A stretch of 64,000 nucleotides of DNA from NCBI RefSeq assembly GCF_006345805.1, contig NC_043012.1, positions 24,614,001 through 24,678,000 on the forward strand, read 5' to 3'. The number at the start of each line of letters is the position of its first letter. Positions within the stretch are counted from its first letter, which is position 1. The notes beneath the pieces were generated by a model that had not been told where the DNA came from, did not search any database, and worked only from the letters and a program-made list of their open reading frames with translations. A program made the position numbers and the translations under genes. The DNA comes from Octopus sinensis. Its lineage: Eukaryota. Positions 1 through 14,560 of this stretch are shown here, piece by piece.

Positions 1-487
1 GTTTGAGTCACACCTCTTAAATTTTGCTACTTTTTAGTCCGATACTTTGCATGGTTCAGCAGATTTTCATTTTGACAGTCATATTAGCATGTATATCCTT
101 TTTTTCACCCACTCATTCTCTCTTTCTTTCTCTTCCCCTTTCTTTCTCCCCTTTCTATGAATAAACTTTTTTGCATTGATTTTCAAACCAATATTTACTG
201 ATTTGACCAATATCTCATCTCAATAATACAAACATCACCATCATTTAACATCCATTTTCATGCTGGTCTGGGTTGGACAGTTTGACATGCCAGGGAACTG
301 TGCCAAGCTCCGATATCTGCTTTGGCATGGTTTCTCAGACTGGGTACTCTTCTTAATGCCAACCACTTCACACAACGTGGACTGGGTGCTTTTCACATAG
401 CACAAGCACTGGTGGGACCACAAAGTAACTCACACGACAAGACCCTTCAACTGAAAGGGAGAAAGTATTGAGAGGTGACTTTATGCC

Positions 488-843
488 ACGTGGCCGTTCG
501 CCAGCCTCATCTGGCACCTGTGTCAGTGGCACATAAAAACACCATCCGAGCGTGGCCGTCTGCCAGCCTCGTCTGGCACCTGTGTCGGTGGCACATAAAA
601 AACACCATCCGAGCGTGGCCGTTCGCCAGCCTCATCTGGCACCTGTGTTGGTGGCACATAAAATCACCCACTACACTCTCGGAGTGGTTGGCGTTAGGAA
701 GGGCATCCAGCTGTAGAAACACTGCCAGATCTGACTGGCCTGGTGCAGCCTTTGGGCTCCCCAGACCCCAGTTGAACCGTCCAACCCATGCTAGCATGGA
801 AAGCGGACGTTAAATGATGATCATGATGATGATGACGATGATG
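488..843 (+). mobile_element. SINE-like family C with three internal ~62-bp tandem units and a (GAT)n tail
   Basis: GTGGCCGT..GCCAGCCTC.TCTGGCACCTGTGT...GGCACATAAAA x3, then GAGTGGTTGGCGTTAGGAAGGGCATCCAGCTGTAGAAAC and GACGTTAAATGATGAT. Confidence 0.8.
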
Positions 844-1724
844 AGAGGTTAAAGTATGACTGAGGGAGAGAAATAGGTTTCTTGTAAAAGATATAAATAT
901 GGCTAACCCAGTTGGACAAAAGGAAAGAAGATAGTGAAGGGTGACAGGACATGTAATTTTAATTTAGAAGATAAGATAAATTTGTGCTGTGTGCAAAGGA
1001 CGGATTTATTTCAAAAAAGGTTTATTTTTTCTAATTTGAACTCATATCTCTCTCTTCAAACTAAATGTACTTTGTTGCCTTTCTTACAAACGTTACTCTC
1101 TTTTTGTTGATACTGACCACCACTGGACTTCTTAGACTCTAGGCTTTCTTCCTCGATCATAATATTCTGTTTCTTATGGTCTCCATGTGGTCAAGTGATA
1201 AGCTTCGATCTTTTCATTACCACAATTCTGTTGTAAATACACTGGCTTTCCGCTGAGGTCAACTTTGCGATAAATTAAGTACCAGTTGGTACTTAATTTA
1301 TCACAATCTGGGGTCAATCTAATTGACTGGCTCCCTTCTAAAAATTTCGGGCCTTGTGCCTAGAGTAGAAAAGAAATACACTGGCTTTGTTTTAATTAAT
1401 TTTGAAGAGTTTATTAAAATAACTTTGTCATTATTTAACTGGTTTTTGGAATGTTGAATTTTCATGGATGGTTTTGATCCGGATCACTTTAAACTATGTC
1501 GTTTGTGTTGTAGAATTTGAGGCAGTTTTCAGGTGGATTGATATCAAAATAGTTAAACAAACTTACATGGGAATGAAATCAAAGACATAAAGTCTGTAGC
1601 ATTATGAAACAAGTCATAGTGTTTTGCTTGAAATAACCTCAACTATGGAATGTTATTGAAGAAATAATTAATTTATGGAACATAATGAAATATGTATGAG
1701 AGTTATGCTGTTCAGCTTTTATCA

Positions 1725-2130
1725 TTTATTTCAGTCATTAGACTGTGGCCATGCTGGGGCACCAGTTTGAAAGAATTTTAGTCAAACAAATCAACCCCAA
1801 GACTTGGCTCTTTTTTAAGCCTGGTACTTATTCTATTAGTATCTATTACAGGACTGCTAAATTACAGGGATGTAAACACCCCAACACTGGTTGTCAAGCA
1901 GTGGTGGTGGGGACAAACACAGACACAAACACACACACATGTGCATGCACACACACACATGTATATGATGGGCTTCTTTCAGTTTCCGTCTACCAAATCC
2001 ACTCATGAGACTTTGGTCAGCCCAAGGCTATAGTTGAAGACACTTGTCCAAGGTACCACGCAGTGGGACTGAAACTGGAACCATTGTGGTCGGGAAGCAA
2101 ACTTCTTACCACAGTGCCATGTCTGTGCCT
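1725..2130 (-). mobile_element. SINE family A (tRNA-derived head, central microsatellite, LINE-like tail)
   Basis: Reverse complement of the GGTTCAGTCCCACTGCGTGG...GGATTTGGTAGACGGAAACTG...CCAGCATGGCC.CAGTC consensus seen in many copies. Confidence 0.85.
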
Positions 2131-2454
2131 ATGTGGATCCATAAATTAATAAGAACCTAAAATGCCTAAAATGTGAGATTTCTGTAGTTCCTCTAAGTTT
2201 ATGTTATTATAATTATAATATTACATAAACTGACATAATCCTTTGTTTTTGTTGTTGTTTGTTTTGTTCCCCTAAAGTTTTACTTTATTTATTTTTTTAA
2301 AATTTGTGTTTCTTCTTTAAAGAAAGAAGATTAGGAATTTTCACATTCATGTCTGTTTACTTGAAAATTCCTCCAAATTTTCAACTTTGGTGTTGAGGAT
2401 GACTAGGGATCAAATAAGAATGGCAAAGACTGTATTTTAGAGATGTGATGGTTT

Positions 2455-2485
<31 letters not shown>

Positions 2486-2677
2486 TCCTTTTTTTTGTTT
2501 TATTTTTTTCTTTTAATCTTCCAGTCTAAGAAACGGTGGGTGGTGGTGGGGGAATAGCCATTAAGGAAGAAGATAAATGTTTGTAGACAAAACAACATCT
2601 ATTTGTTTTAAAAATAGCATTTCATCATCTCTTTGATTGAGGCGGCAACTATAATAATAACAATAACAATAATAATG

Positions 2678-2727
<50 letters not shown>

Positions 2728-4389
2728 CTGGCTGGTTAACTCTTAGCTTTTTCCACAGGTTCCCTATTTCTGTTGAAGATAGAAAAGTGTGTGTGTGTGT
2801 GTGTCTATATGTCTGTGTGTGTGTGTCTATGTGTCTGTGTGTGTATTATGTATGTATATATGTATATATATATAGATAGATAGCTTGTAAAATAAAAATG
2901 AAAAATTTATAAAATACGGAAGAGGCTAAGAAACATGTCCGAAAGATTTTATCTTGGACCAAAAACATCTCAGACTTTTTGTTTCTTTTTTTTTTTTTTT
3001 TTTTTTTGATTTGTTATAAAGATAGGGTTTAGTTCTTTCACCTTTTGGCAAAGCATTCTGAACATTATCAGAATTGTTCCTTTATCACAACTCAGAATCA
3101 TCACTACCGTTTCTTTGTGTGTTGTGTGGAACGAAACCATTGAAGGAAAGGAAAGAAAAGTAAAAAAAAAAGTAATAAAAAACAAAAAAAAACAAACAAA
3201 AAGAAAATAACTTTAAAAAAAAATGAAGAATGAAAAGTGGGGGGGGAGGATGGCGTTGGGGGAAGGAAGAGAAGTAGTTTTAAATACATTGGGATTTGTT
3301 TATTTTCTATATTTATTTGTTTATCTCAGAGGTGTGAGAAGAAGATCGAGAAAGAGAGAAAGGGAGAGAGAGAGAGAGAGAGAGAGTGAAAGAAAGACAA
3401 GGATGAGAAAGAGTGAGGAGGGGGGGCACTGTACCGAAAAGCTAACAGAAATGAATGAGAAATACAAAGAATTAAATAAGAAAACAAAACTGACAAAAAC
3501 AAATCATAACAAATACAAACATGAAAAACATTTCTTAATCAGTCTTCTTCATTGTTGTTTGGTTAATTAAGAAAACAATAATAAGTGGGATTTTTTTTTT
3601 TTATCTTATCTGATTAGGGACTTTCAGCTGGCCAAGTGAATAGAGTGTTGAACTGCCGAGTGAAGAGTTAAAGGTTCATATCTCATGCAATCCCAAAACT
3701 ATTACTAGCTCAGACACACCATTTGTAAATAGGTACCACCATGAAGTTTGCTACCACCAGCTCCACCATCTTTACTACTAACAACACCACCACCACAACT
3801 CTTTATTACTGCTACTGTTGCCCTAACCTCTCTCCTACCAATGTGATCTCAACAGAATCGTACTCAAGGTTCCAAGTTAGAATGTCTTCTTCTTTCCACT
3901 TTGTGCCACATGGCACATAAAGCCTCCATTCCTTCTCTGTGTCCATGCTGCTCCGTCGATGGCTGTCTTACACCACATGTTCTTGGCTCTTCTATGATTC
4001 CTCCTTCCTTCAGGGTCCCACATCATGGCTGTCACACAATCATTGTTTGCATCTTGCCTCAGAATATTTCCAATGTACTTTTATTTCCTTCTCCATAATT
4101 TGATGCTTATAGTCTCCACCCAGCTCCAAAGAACACAGCCTTGTTCTTTGCATGAGGATCTTGCTGTTATGTCTCAAATATCCAAGCTACAGTGATTAGA
4201 GCTATAAATTTAAGGATGAGGCTGAGGAGGTGGCATGGTTAAACGTGTCATTCATTACATTATTCCAGTGGCCAAGTAATGTTGACTCATATTGTTCTCC
4301 AACTAGATGTGTGCTCCTTCTGTCACTGCAAGAAAGATGCTATTATCACTGACATTTTTTTATGGAGTTCAACCTTTGGGCTAGCAATG

Positions 4390-4617
4390 AGGAAAATACA
4401 CACATATGCATGACCGCGTGTGTACCATTGGCGATTTTTTTCCTCCGTCTTCCCTTTCTGGATATTTCCTTTTCCTATGTTTCTGATGAAGAGCTCCGCT
4501 CGAAACGTAAAACACTCCTTCTTCCCTTCCTTCCTGAGCATCCAATAATACTATATTTGTTCCACGTCCTCGCGTTGTTGTGTTTTCTCTTGGTGTTTTC
4601 ATGTTTGGATTAACTTT
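4390..4617 (+). mobile_element. Short hammerhead-bearing repeat, copy 1
   Basis: Aligns by eye with 24955-25150 and 11471-11570 (shared CCAATAATACT..ATTTGTTCCACGTCCTCGCGTTG); ends in (TA)n. Confidence 0.75.
4478..4514 (+). ncRNA. Minimal type I hammerhead ribozyme
   Basis: TGTTT-CTGATGA-A-GAGC-tcc-GCTC-GAAA-CG-TA-AAACA: stem I 5 bp, stem II 4 bp, palindromic ACGT stem III, triplet GTA. Confidence 0.8.
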
Positions 4618-5300
4618 ATACATATATATATATACACATATATATATATACATATAGGCATGCATGTATCCTATGGGCTTCTTTTAGCTTCTGTCCACCA
4701 AATCCATTCACAACGCTTTGGTTGGCCCTGGGTTGTAGTAAAAGACACCATTAAGCATAAGTACAATGGGTGCACACATAACACACACAACACACACACA
4801 TACACTCACACACACACACACACATTTATATATGATGGACTTCTGCACTGTTTCTGTCTATCAAATTCTACTCAATTCTGCAATTTGATCAAGGAATCGG
4901 TCAAAGTGTGGGTGCTACAGTAGAAGTCAAGTATGTTCAAACACAGAATTAATGTAGTTGGAAAGGAAAGCTAGTAACTACATACATCTAACCCACACAC
5001 ACTCTCTCTCTCTCTCTCATCACATATATATATATATATATATATACATACACATATATATAGATATAGATATGGTCGGGTACATGTCTTTGTGCATATA
5101 TGATAATATATACAATCTGTCTCTATATATTTGTAAAGATACATAAATGTATATTAAATATATGTAGTGTCCTGCATCAGCTTTTGTGTATATATGTGAA
5201 TATAATTCTACATGTTCCAACAAAATATTGTTTATATAATCTCTGAGTGTGTATATATGTGTGACTATGTATATCTATATATGTATATATCTGTCTTTCT

Positions 5301-5335
<35 letters not shown>

Positions 5336-5890
5336 CATCATACATACATATATACATACATACACACACACATATATATATACACACATATACATACACA
5401 CGTGCAGATATGATGTAAATCCTTTTACGTTACCTAACACACACACACATAAACACACACACACGCACACACAAATTATAATTTCCAAAAATGACATGCT
5501 TTTATATTGATATATATTTAAAATCTGATTAAATTACATTTTGTGCTGTAAAGTCTTTTAAGAAAATCACATTGATAGATTAACTTGATATGTTTTGCTG
5601 CCAGCATTTGATATATATGCTGTGATTAGTAGAGGATTAGAAGATTTGATCTCTTTCCCTTACGCTTCACCTTAGGCACTCTCTCTCTCTCTCTCTTTCG
5701 CTCTCCCTCTTTCTTTCCCCTTCTCTCTGTCTCTCTCTCTTCATTGTATGTAGTCAGTCATCTCCTGAGCATTTCATAATTCTTTTTATATAAAAGTAAA
5801 AATTAGATCAACTTTCGAATTCATTTACCTAAATTAGTTCAGTTGGTTGGAGTTTATTTAAAAATTAAAGTTCTTTGGTTTTTCTAATTC

Positions 5891-5924
<34 letters not shown>

Positions 5925-6518
5925 CCATCACCATCATCATCATCATCATCGTTAGCGTCAGCCTCCTCCTCTTCTTTCTTCTCTATTGTCTTCTTCCCCC
6001 TCTCTGTCTCTCGCTCAGTGTTTCTCCCTTGCTCCTTTCCCGACAGGTCTGAGTCAATCAGATTAAGCACCTGTTATTCTCGGCATTATTTCATTGTTAC
6101 CATCTTCCAAAACGCACAGCTTAATGTGGTTGTTATTGTCTTATACAATACCAGAAAATCATCCGACAGGCTGCTGGTTCACATCCTGTCTCAGACACTC
6201 TGTTGTACAAGAATCGAGGTTTCCAGTTCATGAAAACATAACAGAAAAGCGTCAAATACCACGGCAGGTTTGTTGTTGTTGTTGTTGTTGCTCAGCACCA
6301 AATTCCATGCAAACAGAGCAGATATAAGACAAGAGATTTCAGCCATTATCATCCTGGTTTCAGGGTGCTGATAGGGGTGACGGGGTTTCAAATGTTGTCC
6401 ATATTTTGTGCTACAATATTTAACCTTTTAACATTTCAGAGTTCTCTGTTCAATGTAAAGCTTACTTATTCACATGGTTTACATTGACTGACAACAGTTA
6501 AAGAATAAGGGACAACAT

Positions 6519-7095
6519 ATTTGAATAGGATGGTTTGTGGTTAACAAGTTTGCTTTGCAATCATGTGGTTCCAGGTTCAATCCCACTGCATGGCACCTTG
6601 GGCAAGTGTCTTCTACCATAGCCCCAGGCCAACCAATGCCTTGTGAGTGGATTTGGTAGAAGGAAACTATGGGGAAGCCCATCGTATGTGTGTAGTGTAT
6701 TTGAATAGGATGGTGTGTGGTTAACAAGTTTGCCTTGCAATCATGTGGTTCCAGGTTCAATCCCACTGCATGGTACTTTGGGCAAGTGTCTTCTACCATA
6801 GCCCCAGGCCAACCAATGCCTTGTGAGTGGATTTGGTAGAAGGAAACTATGGGGAAGCCCATCATATGTGTGTAGTGTATATGTCTGTGTCTCTGTTTGT
6901 TCCCTCTGTTCACCACTTGACAACTGGTGTTGGTCTGTTTACATCCCATTGACTTAATGGTTCAGCAGAAATAATCGATAGAGTATATTCTAGACAGACC
7001 TAAAAAAATAAGCACTGGTGTCAATTAGTTCAATTACACAATTCAAAGTGTTGCTCCAGCATGGCCACAGTGCAATGGCTGAAACAAATAAATGA
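6519..7095 (+). mobile_element. SINE family A with a tandemly duplicated 180-bp head
   Basis: 6519-6698 is repeated at 6699-6878, followed by a single tail. Confidence 0.85.
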
Positions 7096-7945
7096 TAAAA
7101 ATGAAAGCAGCAGCTAAGATTTTTTTTCCAGAAGTTTTATGCCATTCTTCAAAATGTTGGCATCACATGTCTTTTCCCTTCTCTCTTTTTATTTTTTTTT
7201 TTTACCTTTTCTGCACTAAATCTAAAGAACAACTTGTTTGTTCCACAATAAATTTGGGATGGCCATAATGCCAAAGAAAACCCTCTCGCTAATCGAATTC
7301 TGATTTTTTTTTTTTTTTTTTTTTTTTTTACAATTTTGGCTTTGATCTAATTTCGAACTGATTTAACATCGACCTTAGCGGAGTATTTCCTCTCATCTTT
7401 TATGCGATTTCCTGCTGTGAAGAAGGACTTTAGCTTTCTGTCTACCTAAGATTAATATTTTTAACAACTGTCATTTCAATACAACATGTCATGATCTACA
7501 AACTCTCGAATTTGGCTTCTTTTCGCTTTTTACTAAATGCATTTTTCTCTCTTTTCTTCTTCACTCTTCCTTTTTTTCCTCTTTTTTTTCCTTTATTTCT
7601 TTTTCTCGTATTCTCAATTTTTTTTTTTTTCCATTTTTCTTGCTTCATTTCGACAATCGGTGAATTAGACTTTTTAGCTTTGCTCATGAGTTAACCACTT
7701 GTGCCCACCCACACACAATTGCACTTCCACTTGCATACAAACACTATCAAACAGGCAAATAATACACACACCTATAAACATGCACACACAAATTATACAT
7801 ACATACATACACATATACATTCATATATATGTGTGTATATATATATATATCATCATCATCATTTAGCGTCCGCTTTATGATGATGATGATATATATACAC
7901 ACATATATATGAATGTATATATATATATATATGTATATGTATATG

Positions 7946-7986
<41 letters not shown>

Positions 7987-8310
7987 GTATTATGCAGACC
8001 CAAAACTGACGTACACGTAAAGGTACACAACCACAACAATAACCAAACAAATACAATCAAAGGAAGGACATAATTTAATTCCGAAAAAATGTTACAAAGA
8101 CCATTAAAAATTTGTAAAATGAAAATAGACTTTTTCCCAAGTTATTCTGGAACAGTGTAACCCTTCCTAATTCTTTTCAATAGACCTTGTTCTGTTGTTA
8201 CTAATTAATGCAGTTAACGAGATACTGCAATCAAATGGAGACCCTACTTTACACTTTTATACTGCAAAGTCAGGAGGTTTCATTTTTTTTTTTTTCCTGG
8301 TGGTGGTGGC

Positions 8311-8341
<31 letters not shown>

Positions 8342-9874
8342 CAGATTACTCTGTCAAAATAAATAATAAATAAACAAATGAATAAATAAAATCTTTGAAT
8401 GCTTCTTTAGAATTTCCGATCTTTGGTAAAGATTATTTCTTTCCGTTCTGGTATTTGTTTGTGGAAAAGAGAGAGCGAGCAAGCAAGACAAAACAACACA
8501 ATGCAGAACAGCTTGTGTTGTGTAAAAACAACGCTACACACATCACACACACAATATAACATGTTTACAATACAGCACATTAGTAATTGCTAAAAGCAGC
8601 AAACATCACAACGCTGCCACACAACACACACTGCACCAGATGTTACAACGCAGTATGACTCATTGCCTCACACCTAAAAATACGTAGAAGCAATACAACT
8701 CCTTGCTCTACACATGGTTATACATAACACTAAACACATATAATACAATATGACTTTTGTTGTTATTTATACACCACAATCCATAGCATTATACAACTCC
8801 TTGTCACCACCACCACCACCGTCATCATTATCATCACCATCATCATATAAGGTCTGTTTTCCATACTGGCATGGGTTGGACGGTTTGACAGAAGCTGGCA
8901 ATTCAGAGGACTGTGCCAAGGTCACCTGTCTGCTTTGGCATGGTTTCTATGGCTGGTCGATGCCCTTCCTATCACCAACCACTTTACAGCATGTACTGGG
9001 TGCTTTTTATGTGGCACCAACATCAATGAGGACACTGGGTAGCTTGCAACAGAAGGCCCCCTTAACTGAGGGAGGTGACTTTGTGCCAGGTGTCGAGAGA
9101 TCTGAGCGGGAGTAGGGGACAATGTCACCCCCCCACACACACACACACACATTACAACACATAACACAATAGAACTCTTTGCATGATGGACACAATATAA
9201 AATAACAACACACAATAACACACACAGCATTATAGACACAGCACATATGGCTACACATAACATAATGTAGTATACAGAACAATGCATAACATGATATAGC
9301 AGCCATGTTTTAGGACTCATATAAGGTGTGTGGATGAGGGAGAGAGAGGGGGGGGGAGAGAAGGCGGGGAGAGAGAGGGAAAAAGAAAGAAGAGTTAAAA
9401 AGCAATTTAGATCTATCGTCCTTTTGTGGGTGGCCGGATGGATGGCTGATTGGTTGGGTTCGATAGTTGAAAATGCACACATACACACACACACACACAT
9501 ACACACACACACACATCACACACACAAACACGCATGCGCACACACACACACACACACACATTAAGCAATCAACCAGTTGCATGGCTGTTGCTGCTGCTGC
9601 TGCTGCTGCGCCACCAGTTTAAATAAGTGACAATGGTTTAAGTGTCACCATGAGATTAACCCTGTCATTAAACACTGGTATTGTTCACCAAACACAGCAC
9701 AACACTTCCCCATCGCCCGCTCTCTCTCTCTAACACCTACCTCCCCTGACACACCACCCCCTCATGCTATGCTGGACCTTATCATTATTATTTTTCCAGT
9801 TCTTTTTGTTTTTTTTCCTTTTCATTTTGTTTTTGTTATTGTCATTATTATCATCATCCTCACCATTGTTGTTG

Positions 9875-9989
9875 TTGTTATTATTATTATTATTATTATT
9901 ATCATTATTAATTATTATTATCATTATTAATTATTATATTATTATTATTATTATTATTATTAGATCATTATTGTTATTATTATTATTAC

Positions 9990-10026
<37 letters not shown>

Positions 10027-10033
10027 CATATTA

Positions 10034-10070
<37 letters not shown>

Positions 10071-10169
10071 TTATTATCATTATTAGTATTATTTTATATT
10101 ATTATTATTATTAGATTATTATCATTATTAATTATTATTATTATATTATTATTATATATCCATTAATTA

Positions 10170-10202
<33 letters not shown>

Positions 10203-10221
10203 CATTATCATTCTTATTATT

Positions 10222-10264
<43 letters not shown>

Positions 10265-10268
10265 TTAT
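9875..10268. repeat. (ATT)n microsatellite
   Basis: Seen directly. Confidence 0.95.
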
Positions 10269-11470
10269 TCTCTCCACTTTCATCTATTTGCACAAACATT
10301 TTTTCTACAAGAGCCAAACCATTTCTGTCTGCACTCTTTTCACAACTTCCTTTGCTTCACACCACACACACACACAACACACACGCACGCACGCACGCAC
10401 ACACACCCGCTCACGCACCACACAACAACCTTTCACATTTTTTCCCATCTTTCCAGATCCTTTTCCTTCCCTTTCAAATCTTTCCTTTACACTTTATTTC
10501 TTTCTTCTCTTTTCTTTGCCTTCTCTTTCAATTACCTCTCTTTCTTTCTTCTTTTTTCTTTCTATAGTCTCTCTCTCTCTCTCTCTCTCTCATTCTCTCC
10601 CTCTGTATCTCTCTGTCAATACATCTGCTTCTCTTTGTCTTCTAATTTATCCCTCCATCTTTCCATTTTCCTTTTCATTTCATCTTACTATATTCTTTGT
10701 CAATCTCTCTTTTTTTCTTGCACCACACACACACACACACACTTAAAGATGGTCCAAATATTCTTCCCCACTTCCTCTCCCTCCCACCTTCTTTCTAATT
10801 CACTTACCACACCAGTAACCCCCCCCCCCAAAAAAAAAAACAACAACAAAACAAAGCATTATATTACACACTGTCCAACAAGGGACCCTCAACAGAGTCG
10901 ATTGACCAACAGAAATAGCAGCAAAATTTGTGGGAAAATATTTTTCCCAAATCACTCCCTACCATCTTTAAAAATGTAAACGATACACTGGACAATGTAA
11001 CCTTAGACAAAGCCTTATGGAAGGTCATCGTTGGAATGTCTTTGATCACAGGCCTGTTCAATCAGAACTGAACTGGGTTATATAAACAAGTATCAAATCT
11101 TGGCCTACAGACTCACTTCACCAGGAAGTGAACTTTTGTTCCATGGCTTCTCAACCAGGATATGTTATACACAATAACGACGCTAATAATGATTTCCTTT
11201 ATCAGTTTACAAGAAGAAACCCTTCATGTTAGGGACAAAAGAGGGGGCAAGCTGTGTGGTGAAGAAGCTTGCTTGTTAATCTTGGGATCTTGGGTTGAGT
11301 CTCACTGTACGGTACCTTGGACAAGCCTCTTTAACTATAGCCCTGGGCCATGCAAAGTCTTACAAGTGGATTTGGAAAACCGAAACTGAAAGAAACCTGT
11401 TAAGTATATATATATATTTGTGAGTGGATTTAGCAGATGAAAACTATGTGGAAGCCAGTCATAAATATAT

Positions 11471-11570
11471 ATTTCTTCCCTTCTTTCCTGAGCGTCCAAT
11501 AATACTTTATTTGTTCCACGTCCTCGCGTTGCTGTGTTTTTTGGGTGTTTTCTTGTTTGGATTAACTTTA
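11471..11570 (+). mobile_element. 5'-truncated copy of the hammerhead-bearing repeat (ribozyme absent)
   Basis: Only the part downstream of the hammerhead is present, between TA tracts. Confidence 0.7.
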
Positions 11571-12870
11571 TATATATATATATATATATATATACTCAAC
11601 AGGTTTCTTTCAGTTTTGGTTTTCCAAATCCGCTTGAAAGGCTTTGCATGGCCCAGGGCTATATATATATATATATATATATATATGACTGGCTTCCGCA
11701 TAGTTTCCATCTGCTAAATCCACTCACAAAATTTTTGTCTCTCCAGGGTTATAGTAGAAGACACTTGTCCAAGTAGCTGCCTGCACAGGGGGACTGAACC
11801 CCAAACCCCATGGTTGCAAAGCAAGCCCTTTAAACCATACAGCCACCCCCCCCTGCACCTATGATAAAGAATTTTAGCTCAATATTGCTAAGCTAACTCT
11901 GTCAATCCACTGCCTCTAAATGATAACGATAATTACGATGATGATAATAACGACGATGGTGGTGGTGGTGGTGGTGGTGGTGTTGGTAGTGGTGTTGGTG
12001 GTGTTGGTGGTAGTGGTGGTGGTGTTCAGGACATGATAGCAAAAGTACAAACAAGAGACTACGAAGAAACGACTTGATGGTGGTCGGTTGGCTCCACCTT
12101 CTCTGTTTGTTATTTGATCCTATCGACAAGGAAAGGTTTGGGGAGTAGTTATGAAGATAAAACTATAAAAGAACATCATTGAAAGTGGTTTTGATGTCTG
12201 CGAGAGATGATGCCAATTTCCGTGGAATGGTTCTCTTTAATGGTGTTTGCAGCGAGCATATTATGAATTAATGTTCCATTGAGCAGCGTTATATACAACA
12301 ACAGTTTAGCACTAGTTAATAATATTCGTTAAGTAGTTGTTTAGTACGTAATATTATAATAATAGCATCTGTTGAAACCGAGGAAAAAAAAAAGAATAAA
12401 ATAAAATAAAATAAAGAATAAATAAATGAATGATAAATAATAACAAAAAAAAATAAAGAAATATCAAATATTCTAGAAAAAAATTACAAACAAAAAATAA
12501 AGAAAAAATCCATCCAGTCAAAAAAAAATTATGAATAAATTTTCCAAAAAAATGCATTAATATGAAGTCCTTAATAAAGGGAATAGCTTTAAATAGGATC
12601 TCCATATTATTTTATTATTATTATTATTATTATCATTATTATTATTAGTATTATTATTAGCATCATCACAATCATCACCATAAGTCATCCTCATCAGTAG
12701 TAGTGGTTGTAGTAGTCTTTTATTAGTTATATATTAGTAAAATTTATTATCACTATCAACAACGTAGCCTCATCATCATCATCATCATCATCAACCCAAG
12801 CCCCAACACCATCATTATCACCATCATCATCGCCGACATCATCATCATCATCATCACCGACATCTTCTTT

Positions 12871-12904
<34 letters not shown>

Positions 12905-13511
12905 CCGACATCATCGGCATTGTAATGCCTATAAACACATCTCCACCAAATTCCAACGATCACCCTCTTCCTGCTTAGTTGTTGCCAATATAAGTCTGCA
13001 TTTAATGGAAATTTGTTGCGTTTGGTTATAAGCTTGTTTATTTATTTATTAATTTATTTACTGCTAAGAACTTTGTGGGTTTAATTTCCATCCAGGAATT
13101 TATGGACAACATTAATTGCTTTTTATACTTTTCCCTTTTATTCATTTCTTTTTTCTTTTCTGTTTTTTTTTTACTTTTGTTATTGTTCTGTTGATTCGTT
13201 GATTGGTTGAGCGAATTTTGTTGTTGTTGTGGTTTTTTTCCAAGGAGGGCAAGGATGGAATGGCAGCGTCATTAAAGGAACGTCATGTGCCATTGAGTTA
13301 TGTCCCTTTACATTCTCGGCTCAAATTCCACTGACATTGGTTTTCCCTTTGGTCCTTCCTTTCATTCAAAAGGTAAAAGCATATGGCCTAGCGGTTTGGG
13401 TGCTGCACCCACAATTGCAAGATCATGGTTTCAATTCCTGCGTTGAACAGTGAGGAGTTGTCTTCTTGAGCAAAACGCTTCATTTTACACTTCATAAGTG
13501 AGTAATCATTG

Positions 13512-14109
13512 GGCAGTGATCTGGTAGAATCGTTAGCACACCAGATGAAATGCTTAGTGGTATTTCATCAGCCACTACGTTCTGAGTTCAAATTCTGCTG
13601 AGGTCGACTTTACCTTTTATCCTTTCGGGGTCGATTAAATAAGTACCAGTTACGCACTGGGGTTGATGTAATTGACTTAATCCGTTTGTCTGTCCTTGTT
13701 CGTCCCCTCTGTGTTTAGCACCTTGTGGGTAGTAAAGAAATAGGTATTTCATCTGCCGTTACGTTCTGAGTTCCAATTCAGCTGAGGTCGACTTTACCTT
13801 TTATCCTTTCGGGGTCGATTAAATAAGTACCAGTTACGCACTGGGGTTGATGTAATTGACTTAATCCGTTTGTCTGTCCTTGTTCGTCCCCTCTGTGTTT
13901 AGCACCTTGTGGGTAGTAAAGAAATAGGTATTTCATCTGCCATTACGTTCTGAGTTCAAATTCTGCTGAGGTTGACTTTACCTTTAATACTTTTGGGGTC
14001 GATTAAATAAGTACCAGTTACGCACTGGGGTTGATGTAATTGACTTAATCCCTTTGTCTGTCTTTATTTGTCCCCTCTATGTTTAACCCTCTGTGGGCAA
14101 TAAAGAAAT
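13512..14109 (+). mobile_element. SINE family B with three tandem 184-bp units
   Basis: Units start with GGTATTTC at 13559, 13743 and 13927. Confidence 0.9.
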
Positions 14110-14212
14110 TTAAATGAGTAATCATGTAATGGACTGGTGTCCTTTCTAGGAGAAAAGGTTTTCGCTTCAATCACAAAATTTCATTCAGACATCTTTTATT
14201 CTTTTCTTTATT

Positions 14213-14560
14213 TTTTACTTGTTTCAGTCATTGGACTATGGCCAAGCAGGAGCACCACGTCAAAGGGTTTTTAGGGGGAAAAATGGACCCCAGTACATAT
14301 ATTTTAGTCCAGTGCTTACTTTGTTGGTCTCTTTTAATGAACTGCTAAGTTACAGGGACGTAAAGAAACCAATGCTAATTGCCAAGGGGTGGATGGGGAC
14401 GAATGCACACACACATATATAGACAGGCTTCTTTCAGTTTCCATCTACCAAACCCCCTCACAAAGCTTTGATTGGCCCAAAGCACTTACCTAAGGTCCAA
14501 TACAGTGGGATCGAACTTGAATCCATATAAGTGCAAAGTGGGATACTCAACCACACCGCC
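14213..14560 (-). mobile_element. SINE family A, diverged
   Basis: TTGTTTCAGTCATTGGACT...CTTCTTTCAGTTTCCATCTACC matches the family. Confidence 0.7.

Noticed and set aside
488-665. Regular repeats resembling a CRISPR array (also 26880-27740 and 52736-52900)
   Set aside because: Head-to-tail tandem units without unique spacers, eukaryotic context, no cas genes.
6046-6330. Possible exon after a polypyrimidine tract and CAG
   Set aside because: No frame gives a recognisable protein and no partner exons were found.
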